From assembly GCA_030390025.1 (NCBI GenBank), contig CM059448.1, positions 22,692,001-22,756,000 of the forward strand: a stretch of 64,000 nucleotides of DNA, given 5' to 3'. Below, one piece after another: positions 38,201 through 50,200 of this stretch. The position numbers and the translations under genes are program-made. The notes beneath the pieces are model-generated. The model did not search any database. It saw only the letters and a program-made list of their open reading frames with translations, and was not told the origin of the DNA. Positions within the stretch are counted from its first letter, which is position 1, and every line of letters starts with the position of its first letter. The DNA is from Squalus acanthias. Lineage: Eukaryota.

Positions 38201-41200
38201 TCCATTACTTTTCTTATCTGACCCTAGTGCTCTCTCTGCGTTTCCACTGCCACTGTTCCCTTCACTGTAATTTGCAGAAGAGTTAACAGGCTCAGGATCA
38301 TTTATGCATACATCTTTCTACCCTTCACCTATAAAGATGTACATCAAGTGTATTAAAGCAAGATACCAAATCCTACAACTTTTATTGCATTCTGAAACAA
38401 ATTTCAGACTTCAAATAACTGAACACAAGATGTTAAATGGCATTTTGCTTTGGAACACCAGCCTATCATAAAGCCATGACATCACAGATGTTGGAATGTG
38501 GCTTCAATTCCCTACTCTTAAGTTGCCAATCTTGAGTATGATTTTCTGATGAGCCATACCAAAGAAGGAAGACAACTGAATCTCTGGGCACATCTGTTTG
38601 TAACCAGCTGAAGCTGCATCAGCACACGACCTGAAGACAGGCCAACCAGGCACCCTCTCACTGCTGGCAGTGTAGGCTTTAAGTACAGGATGATTAGTTG
38701 AATAAAAGCCAACTTCGTTTTTTTTTTGATGCATGTACAAACATAGTGTAACTTGAGGTTTGAAAATGTCCTTAATAAAATGGAGTCAAAAAGCACTCAA
38801 ATGCCAATTTATGCTACTCAACAATAGGTGGTTCCATAACAAATAGAGAAACTATAATTTGCATAGAATCTACTTTTCAGTAGTTTGTAGTTCAATCCAC
38901 TCGGCACAATAAAGTATATGAGCTCAATGATCAAACTTTACCACTTGGTGGTGCTGTTACTAACTAACTATACACAGACTATTATATAGCTACATATGTG
39001 GATCTGCTATGGAACACTGAGCAGGAAGGTATGCTGTTTTATCCCACATAACATACATGGAGAAATGCAAGGTGATACTTTTGGGAGGATAAGAAAGAAG
39101 ACATATACACTGAAGTAGAGATGTTAAGGGTTCGGATATACAAATCTTTAAAAGTGGAAGGACAAGTTGATATAAAGTCCATCGAGAGGGTGCAGAAATG
39201 GATGAGATGCTTTTGTTTTGAGGAGACAGGGGCGCTGCATTGTCAAAGATAAAGAAACCTCAAAATGTTCAAAATGCTTAGGGTAACAAGGTAAATTGGG
39301 AAAAACTATTTCCACTTGGCATAAATTTAAGATAATCACAAAAAGAACATATATACATAGTTAGCACATGGAATGCCTTACCAAAAAAAAAGTGGGAGCA
39401 AAATCTACAATAACTTTTAAAAGAGAGTTAGATCAATATTTGAAAAGAGAGATATGGGAAAAGGCCAGGAATGGAAACAAGTATATATCTTCATAAAACC
39501 AGCAGCACAGACAATAGGCTGACTGACGACCTTCAGTGCTGTAAAATACGAAGATTTACATGCTTCCTTCTCTCCTCCCAGGAAGCATACACTTACCCAA
39601 ATCTTGAGCGCTCCAGCCAATATTGGCGATAGCTTAGTCATACGCACCCTTTAGTATGCACTGTTACTGCTAATGTTCAACGAGCTGAGACCATCCAGCT
39701 TAACAGCACAAAGCACCATTAAACATACCACTGCTTGTCCAATCAGGACTACCCCATTAGGACACAGTTTTCAAACTGGGATCCCAGGTTTCTGTCCATC
39801 TCAACAAAATCTTTAAACCCTTTGGTATTTGTCAATTTATCAGCATGTCTGAATAAGCCAATTTCTACAATAACCTTACCACTATTTCCCTTTAGGTAGC
39901 TGCTAGTATCTTTGGGAAGTTATGACAAGGAACCCCTGGAACTTCAATAATTGTCAGAGGTTTCCTCAAAGTTTGAGAACCAGTGCATAAGGATACTGAC
40001 TTGAAGGTTTATCTGGAATCAAGTGGAAAGTATCCCAGCTTTCAGTTGCAGCTTTACCCTTCCAGGTTCCATTAATTAGCCAATCAACAGTGGCCCCAAG
40101 TACTGTAGTCATTTGCCTCAGGTACTAGATTACAGAGTCTGCTACAAGTGGTGGACCCAGTTTCAATCTTGTCAGCAGGCAGATCAATTTGGAGCTAACT
40201 TCACCTCAAGAGATTATCTTACCCTCTCTGTCTCTTCACCTCCAATCCACCAGTGTCAATAGTTGTCCAAACAAGTGTGGGCTTGGGCCGTCACTAAGTC
40301 GTTAAAGGGCCAAGGAACTCGTAAGTAGTCCCAAGTCACCATAAGAGTACATTGTCACCATCATTCGGACCACAATATAACCTACTGAACAGTTGTTCCA
40401 CTAGTTTCAGCTATTCAGCAACAGCTGCTTGCCTCTCTGTACCCAATCATGGTAAGCATCAAACCCTGGATATACAAGCATGCGTTGTCATACCCAACCT
40501 CCCGTAATACCTTCCAGTAGCTGTTGTCCCAAGTCTCAGTTTCCTCAGCTCTGACAGACATTGGAAGGAACAATGTAGGACAACTCGAGATGTGCCAGCA
40601 ATATTCTAGGTGGGTAGAAGACAGTGGATTGTGGATAGAATTTCCCATTCACAAGTTAACAGAGCTAGCTTCAGCAGAAGTGAAAATTTTATGCACAACA
40701 TTTATTTCCAGGTTGTCCCCAACAGCATAGAAACAGAGCCAATAAAGATGACGGATTCAGTAACAGATATGCAGATAAATCTGGTGAATGAAAGCAAATG
40801 CCAATTGAGTATATTACGCTTCCTATTTGAAAAGAATGTTCAAACTTTAGTGCTGCAAGATTTGAAGTACTGCAAAGCAGAGTTCGCTGCCATACTGAAA
40901 ATCAAGTTTAAAAAAACACTTTGGGCATAAGGTAAGGTTTAAACTACACCAAACACGTAGGTAACTTTTTAAACACATTTATAATGCAAAATAAAGTTAA
41001 ATCTGATAGCTCTACAAGAATACGTATCAAGATGTGCCACTATTGTTCAACTCAGACCTCCAACTTAATAGATATCCCTGCAATTTGAAAAACGTGGCTT
41101 TTTTTCCCCAAGTTTATCATTAATGGTACCAGCATGTAAGTAGCCAATATTCCTTTGAATTGTCATTGTGCAAAAGGAAGTATTTTAGTGCAGAAGAGTC

Positions 41201-44200
41201 TTGAAAATTTCATTAAAACGGTTAGTGATTAGACATTAGCAAATAAATCAAAGCATATTTCACTCAACTCAATGTCTCACATTGTAACCAAAAATAACTG
41301 AACAACCTTCAACTAAAAGTAACACAAATAACTTCTGACCAACAAAGGTCAGTTTTTCCTGATTTACTAACAATAACCACATTAAAATCCAGGTCTCCAG
41401 TAGATGAAGTTGTTTATACAGGTCAGATTGAACTTATAACCCAAAAAGATTTAACTCTGGCATAGAAATGCAGTTTTTAAAATTTACCAACTATTGTAAT
41501 CTAGTACAGAAGAACTATAGGTATTACTTACCCCAAAGGTTTTGGCTTGTGCGTATCTAACGAATGTAATTGACATCTTTTGTTCTTTTTACTTTTAGGA
41601 ATTGCATCGATCGTCTCATTTAGTTTGGACCTAAGAGGAAATTATTTCAGAACTTACTGTACAGAACATTCATTGACAAAAATCAAAAGCTTCTGTGGTG
41701 CTGTACACAGGTAGTATCAGACTTCTCTATTGAACTATGTACCTTGTACACATGTTGCGTTTCAAATCTCTCCATTGGATAGGGGAAGAAAAAAGACCTA
41801 AAATAACTTGCTCTTTGTTTAGTATGCCTGTCCCTCTACAATCATCTATAATTTGATAAAATGCAACTGCGTGTGTGAACAGTAAGACAAAGGTCAGGCT
41901 TCAATATATGCAGTGAAGAAAATAAATAAATAAATAATATATATATATATTTTTTTTAATTTAAATCGGGAAAAAAAAGCAGGCAAGAAACATTTTAAAA
42001 AAGCACCCTAACCCTCAACTATAAGGCAAAGGTCAGGGGAAGTGAAAATAAGTCCCATAAGCCTTCAAGACCTAGGTAGGCCTCTGGAAAGAAACAGCAT
42101 GGCTAACATGATTTTAGGACAATGAGAAAAATGTAAATTTGTTATTTGAATAGCTATATATTCAGCAAAGTCAAACAAAATGGCAGCTGAAACCATTTAG
42201 AAAATATTAATTCAACCAATAGCTTGCAATCTTTCAAATAGTCATTTTCTGTGGAACTTTTGTCAATCTATTTCAATTAATCAGTAAGAAGTTGCTCATT
42301 TCAGCTAATAACCGACAGATTTAATGTCAATACTATATTCAAGGGAGTCTCGTATCGGGCATGCGGACGATAGACGGGTCACATCGTCTGCATGCCAGAT
42401 ATGGGACTCCCAAAACAAGCGCTCAACTCTGAGCTCCGACACGGCAAGAGAGCCCCAGGTGGGCAGAGGAAACGCTTCAAGGACACCCTCAAAGCTTCCT
42501 TGAAAAAGTGCAACATCCCCACCGACACATGTGAATCCCTGGCCCAAGACCGCACAAAGTGGAGGAGAAGCATCCAGGAAGGCACCGAACACCTCAAGTC
42601 TCTTTGCCGGGAGCAAGCGGAAGCCAAGTGCAAGTCAACCCAAGCACCCCACCCACCCGCCCCTTCAACCACGTCTGCCCCACCTGTGACAGAGACTGTA
42701 GGTCCCGCTTTGGACTCAGTCACCTGAGAACTCATTTTTAATGTGGAAGCAAGTCACCCTCGGTTCCAAGGGACTGCTTAAGAGGAGGACGACTATATTC
42801 AAGACTGCGGATTATGCTTTAATCTTTAAATCATCCCTGACAGGTCTAGCCAGCTCTGCTTCACAGCAGACAGGCTGACAACAAGCACCAGTGATTTTTA
42901 AAATCACTGCCACACAGCTTCATCAACAAATTCTCTACCAATAGGCTTCATCAAAACAAAACCTATGGACTCATTTCTAAGATGGATGCATGGGCAGGAA
43001 ATGATCACATCAATAGTTTACAAAGCTTTAGTAGTAAAACAGGGTATTTAGGGATATAAAAATCCAATTTAAAAGAATTCACTTACCCATGCACATAAAA
43101 TAACGTATACAATTTTTTTGCATCCGTCATGCAGGCACGAGTTACCGAAAGAACTCCTGTTGGCCCCACTGAAAGTGGCTCCAAGGCTGGATTGCCAGAT
43201 TCTACTAGCTGAGAGAAAAGACGCTCCACGCTGCGTCGACATCCAACACACGGAACAAGCTGAGAAAGTGCACTGAAGACTTCACGGGATGTTACCATCA
43301 TAGCAATGTTAAGGTCTTGCTGTTTGAGCATGCCATGTTGCTGAAACAAAATGCTTTTGTTTTAACCCCAATTCTGTAATATTTAAACATATCTAAAATG
43401 TAAATATAAATGCAAGAGATCTTGATAAAGGCAAACCCTTGTTAAAAAAATTAACTACAGCCAATCTTGGTTACTTACTTTTATAAGTATAGAAGTTTAA
43501 CGCAACCCATTTAGGCTGGTTTGAATTAGAAACACTGAAAGCAGCTACGCTTTTCAAAATGCAATTTTACAGCTACCAAACTTAATTTTAATATGCACGA
43601 CAGATTCTAGACCCCTGTTCCAGCTCTCCTCAACCAGAATCAAAAACTAGCAATCTGAAGAAAATGAACATATTAGAATTTGGAATGACTTTGAAAATGG
43701 TACAAGTATGAAGTAGGGATTGGTAAGCAATAATAGATTACCCAGCTTTACACACGTATAAGTAATCAAACTATGGAGGTTTTTTTTTTTTATATTCACT
43801 AGGAATATTTAGGCTGCAGATGAGAAAAAGCACAATTAAGTCCCTTTCATTCATAAAATACAAAAAAATAATTGGTCATGATTAGGAATTAGAGTATTTG
43901 ATGTGAGGGATTTTTGTTTTAAGCTACAACAGGTTTTTGATATGAACAAAGGGTCAGGGACAAAAAGTTATTTACAAAGATACAGCCTGCTCCCAGTGCT
44001 TATATCAGGACATGTTGGCGCTATTAGGACAAGGAGGGAAGTGGCATGTTAATGAGACAGCCATCGAAATTGTTATCCATCAACATGGGACAATAGGTAA
44101 TTAATGATCACATTTCAGGGTTCCAGTAGGACATTCACATGAGATGATGCTCAATCTTGCATTCACATCATGGGCAGTTTGGTAAGAATCTACTATTGGC

Positions 44201-47200
44201 AGTGGCCAGTTAATTAGCACCCATATTGACCAACTCCAGGACCAGGGAGGGGTCAGAGGTCAAGCCTCTCCCACTTCCTGTGGCACAAAGAACAAAGTCA
44301 CACATTTTAAGTCAGCTGGTGAGATCCAAGAGGTGCAAGGCAGGCCTAGGCAGTTTGCCTTAATAAAGCCAACCAGACTCCATGTATTTCTTGGTCCAAT
44401 TCTCATGCTAGGACTGACCAAAAGCAAGTATATTCCGTCCACTAACCATGACAGGGTGGTATGGTTATTATTGGTTTATGGCAAAGGATCGAAATCAAGT
44501 TGTGAAATTTGTTATAACTTGTTATTCTGTATGTTCACTGGTTTACTGCAAGATAAAAACAACTTCACTGTTCAGATTCTGCCTTGTGAATCAGTCCACC
44601 TAGCAGAAGCCCACATCAATGCACATGCAATGGACACTGTATCCAGTTCAGATAAGAGGGTCGCATTGTATGTTACACCTGCAGGGTCATGCCATTAAAT
44701 AACTAAATGAACGCAACTGCTGCCAATGAAATAAAGTACTTGCGCATGCAGTTCCAGTGGTTTTTTTTTGAGTTTGTTCTCGCCAAACTTCAGATGAGGG
44801 GGGGGGGGGGGGGGGGGAGAGAAATTTCAGGTATTGTGAGGTCTGTAATGTGACTTGAAGGTGATATTTGGAGGTTCTCAGATTGGGAGAGTTTTATTGT
44901 AATCTCGCAGAGTGTGTTTATCGCCATCAGGTCCTCTGTCGGTTGTGGTTTGAACACGTGGCTGGTGAACAGAATGCAGGCGCAGGATGTTGGGAATTAA
45001 TCGGCTGGGAAATTGAGAGTAGAGACAGTGCAGAGAGATAGTGAGAGGAGTGCTAGACAAAGAAACTGGGGAGGAAAACGAGGAGGGTGGAGAAGGAACG
45101 AGAAGAGAGTGGCAGTGGTGTTATTAATTCATCAGAATGAACTGCTAAAACTTCCAGTATAATTTAACGAGGAAATGTGACTTGAAGGCGATATTAGGAT
45201 GTCAGATTGAGAGTTTTATTGTACTCTCACCGAGTGTGTTTATCACTATCAGGTCCTCTGCCGGTTGTGGTGCACTTTACTTTTTCATATTTGGGACCTG
45301 ACATTTACGTGCAGAATGCTTCTGCACAGCTTCCAGTCCGTTGGCAGCAGTCACTCCGTAACTAAATATTGGGCAGTACAGGGGAACTACTAAGCACAAG
45401 GCAGGGCATCTTATGGGTGTGACCAGCACCACCAAACCTGGAAGAATACCAGAGGCAAACTGGAAATTTGTAATATATAAAAAAGTATAAGAAAAGGCCA
45501 GTCAGCTCACATCACACCCCTCTAAACATCCAAATAGCTAGCATACAACTGCATTCTGAACAATCACTGCTGAGTACTACCTTGCCTGGTAGATTATTGC
45601 AAATGTCTATCACCCTTCAAGTAGAAATCTTACTTTTCCATGTTTAAATGTACTCCAAAAAGTTTAAAATTTACATCTTCTGGTCCGACTGTTTAAGTAG
45701 TTTTCTCTGCTTATTTTATCAATGCTATTTAATCTTTATAAATCTTAACCCCACCCTTTAATCTTCTTTGCTCCAGAATTTAGAACTTCAGATTCTCTAA
45801 ACATTCCAGATAGCTAATTCCTCTAGCTCTTCTCCACGTTCTTGAGAATATGAACCTTTATAAACATGGTAACCAAAACTGCATACAGCACCTCAAATGT
45901 AATGCATTATAAATGTTTCAATACAATAGCTATAGGCTTGCTGCTCAATGTTCTGTCTTTGTATCCCATTATATGGGCTTTAACTGCTTCCTTTCATTAT
46001 TGCAACATTGAAAGTGATGAACTCCTGTGATCCTTTCAGAAACTGTTTTCTTTGTACAATTAGGTTACTATTTCCACCCAGACAATATTTTACAATTATT
46101 ACATTAATTTAATTTGCCTTTTTTTTTTAAAAAAGGCCTTATCTGCATCCTCAATCACAACTGTTTTTATTTTAGGGTTGTCTAACAAGCTTATATTTGG
46201 TTTCTGCATCCAGGTCATTTATGTAGACAAGAAACAAGGGACCAAACACTAACTCCTTTAGTACTCCACTCAACCCCTTTCCCTGCCCAACACCTCATAC
46301 AAGTACTCTTTTCTATGGTCTAATGGTTTTTAGTTTTATTAGAGGTTTTCCACATGAGGAGTGAACAGAGCTAATATTTTGCATCCAGTACAAAAGTCTC
46401 CAAAACAGTGTACAACATAGTTCCTTCTTACCTGGACAAATTGTTTTAGTTGTGCACCGTTCACCTGATGACCATCAAGGTTCAACATATTATCAGAAAA
46501 TTCCATTACCATCTGTAGGGAAAATGCAAGACAGTTAACGGCCATTATAACAAAGGGAACTGGGTGATGCACAAAGCATCTAAAAGCAATTGCTAAAATC
46601 TGGTGGGGTGTTTTTTCTGGTTGCTATTTCATTAAAAACCTCAAATTGTACTACTTACTCTGCCAAAGGACAGAAAACATTTAATAGTACAGTACTTGGT
46701 TATATAGTAACTTTGCAGACACTGCTCTACGAAGGCTTTTTTAAAAAAAATAAGACCCCAAAGCTCATTTCTAGCCCCAAGTAGTCCATCAACCTTTAAA
46801 GTAAGCTTTTCCAGATAACACACGCAATGTCGAAATATATTAAAACCAAGTATCCTTTTCACAACATAGAGAAGCAATACTTGGTTTTAAGAATTCCTGG
46901 TTATTGAATTTACTATGTCGTATTTAATGCTTTATTAGTAGACACCTTGACTATGAAACACTAAATAGGCTGCATTTGTCTCTTAACATTTTCAGTAAAT
47001 GAAAGCTAGGATTTAATCAGTTTTATTGATCTTGCAAGGCTAAATTGGCCTTAATAAGCATTTTGTGTCACCTAAATCAGATCCACACGAGTAAAAATTT
47101 ACCATTTCTAAATATTTAATCTAGAAACAGATAACCCACTTTGCTCATTCTACTCTCCTAAAAAAGTCACAGTAATTATAATATTTCAATTACAATATGT

Positions 47201-50200
47201 TTGAAGCACAGACATTTCTTAGATGTGATGAGACACTATACACAATGCAAGTCTTTCTTGTTCATCTCCTACATTGCAAACTAGGAGTGCTGGGGTGGGT
47301 GGGGGGTGAAGAGAACAAGGGGGAAAAAATCTTCACAATCCCAACTCAGGGTATAGACTAAATTCCAACAACTATTCCTGTTGTATTCCTAGCATGGTAA
47401 TTTAAGTCAGTTTAGCAAAATCATCTTCCTCCCCTCTACAAAAAAGTGGGAATAATTTTTCTAGTTTGTATGGAGTTCCAGTTCCTTAATCCAGCTCACT
47501 CATCATAATGGATTGAGTGACACTATCCAGTTTACATGGCTAATTCTCAGTGAAGCACTTGAGTGAATTCACAGAATCACAATAGAAAGAGGCCAAACGG
47601 TTAACTTTTTACTTCCCCAATCTGGTCACATTAAATCTACCAGGACAATGTACTTGAAGTGTCAATTCATAGTATAAAATGTGGTCAAATTTAGCAGTTG
47701 GATTCTAGATTTAAATAACTAATAGGTCCATGCTGATCTGATTGGTAAAATTCATCTTGGTGTATCATAAAAATCAGTTATCCCTCCCTAAGCATATAAA
47801 AACTATTCATGTACAACTTCTCTCCAAAGTTTCCTTCCCATTCTCAGTTGTATGACCATTATCCTTTCCAGTAGGATAAAGTTGTCTTCCCATAGATATA
47901 TTCATAGTTTTGTATCACTATAAGCCAACGGTCCAATGCATTAAACTACTGCAAGAATCAAACAGGGAAAGATTTGGACACACACACACACGATCAGGAA
48001 GAGGTGCAAAACAAGTCAGTCTCCAGCAGAACACCACGTTAAGGCCAGTTGTTGTGCCCTCTGCTACTTCTGCAGAGATCAGCTCAGTGTAGACCAGGCA
48101 TCAGCCATAGGACAGTGTGTTAATATCCTTTGCTTTTGCTTCTTGGAGCAGAGTTTGAACCCAGCCTAAGCTAATGGGATAAGGTCTCACTTGTGCTGGA
48201 TGCTTAAGGGCCCCAAGCAAAACAACTTTGAGCAATGTCAATCCATTTATTAATAAGCACAGCCCCTTAAATTGACAATAATTGAAAGTTTCTCAAAATA
48301 AGACCACAAGGATCATGAGCATGGGAATGGAAGCAACATACTGGAGGAGTGACAGGTGCTCTTTTTGGTTGTAGGCAAGATCATAGCAGATTTGCCTTCC
48401 TTAGCTCAAGGATACTTAATTTGTAAGCACAAGATCATCTCAGTGCCTACCAGTTATCACACTACACAGTACATTTATCTATTAAACCATCTGGAGAGAC
48501 CCATAAACCAAGTTTAACATTTTACACCATTTTCAGGCAGGCTTACAAATGCACTATCAAGTCACAAAACAGTTCCATAATTTGTGTAATTAAGTGACAA
48601 AAGCACAGCCAAACATCCAGACAAGGACAATTAACTCAAATTTGTTGACCCTGGCAACTACAAATATGGAAAAAGACCTGGAGAAATTTAATTGAACTAC
48701 CAACTTGTAAGTTTGATTTAGGGCACAAGGAAGAAAAAAAAATTCAGTATATATAAAAAATCAGTTTTCACTTCTTTTGAAATGTCACTGACCAGAATGG
48801 CACACTATCCAAATGAGGTCTGACCAGCACATTATAAAGCCCCTCATTGACACTGAATGTGTCCAGTCTTCACTCCCAGGTCTCCTTCAAAGTTTGTCAA
48901 GACTAACCACTTGTTTCAATATATACAATGGTTTATTCCCCCCAAAACATGTGCAATACTTCAAACGTCCCAAGTTCTTTGAATACTGCCACAGGATCTT
49001 TTACATCCATCCGAGAGCTTAATGTCTCCGCAAAAAGACAGCATCTAACCAGTGCAGTACCTTCCTCAGTACTGCACTGAAGTGTCAGCCTAGATTATGT
49101 GATCACGTTTCTGGAATGGGGCCTGAACACAATATTCTGACTTGGAAGAGGAGCGTGCTACCCTACCACTGGCCCAAGTGCGACACCAAGGAGTACGAGT
49201 ACGTGAGGGGTTTAGTGCCAGATTTAAAGAGGTGCTGATTAGGGTACTACACAAGGGTGCTTAGACCCTTGTTAAATTTGCAGATTACACAAATAGTGCA
49301 CTAGGGGCTGAGAATGCAGTTAGTGTTTTTCAGTAGCATTGAGGTGTTATAGGAAAAGGAAGGGCAAGTATAGGAGGGGTGAAGGTGGAAGACAAACAGG
49401 GAAAACTAGATGCACGGTAACTATAAAGTTTGTACCACGTGGGCAAACATATGCCAGCAGGATGTAAAGAGAGGGTGCAAACATTAGGTTCAGTGGAGAA
49501 GACATTGACTCCCGGTCCCTCAAAGCCTTAAATTAAAAAATCATCCTCCTTGCGTTTTAAACCCCTTCATGGCTGCTCCAACCCTACACCACCCAAACTT
49601 TGTTCCTCTAATTCTGCCCTCTCATATCCTCAAAAGGAGTTAAGGTGGTTTGTCATTCAGGAATATTCCTATCTAAATTCATGTGGACTGTCACTCATTA
49701 AATCCGTAACTGTACAGGTGCTCTTCCAACCTACTCCCAAAAATATAGGCCCAGAAATTCCAATTGCAGACCTCCCGCGGGCGGAGGGCTGCGATCCGGA
49801 AAGATCTGTGCCAAGACCGGAGGGCTCCCGGGAGGCGCAGAGTTCCGTCGCTGGGCCTCTCCAAACTGTCGGTGTGCAGGGCCCACGTATCCCAGAGGCG
49901 CAGGCGGTTCGCAGCGTCCCTGGGATCACGTGGGCCATGGGGAGCCAATCAGAGAAGGGAAGACCTGTCAAATATATGAAGAGATCACCCCCAAAACATA
50001 GGAAAACAATAAAAAAAAAAATCACATTTTTAAAGTGACTAAATTAAAATAAATTAAGTATTTTAAACAAAAATTTTATTTTTTGAAAAAAATTAAAGTT
50101 TTTAACAGGGCTAAAAATAAACTTACCTTTCTTTAAAGTATTTTTAAATATAAATTAGTGGGGAAAAAAAAATTCCCCCCCTCCCCCCAACTCTTATCCT

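Noticed and set aside
39597-39648. Strong minus-strand donor GG|GTAAGT at 39596 suggesting a 52-nt exon
   Set aside because: No polypyrimidine tract at the nearest AG, frameshifting length, and no other support.
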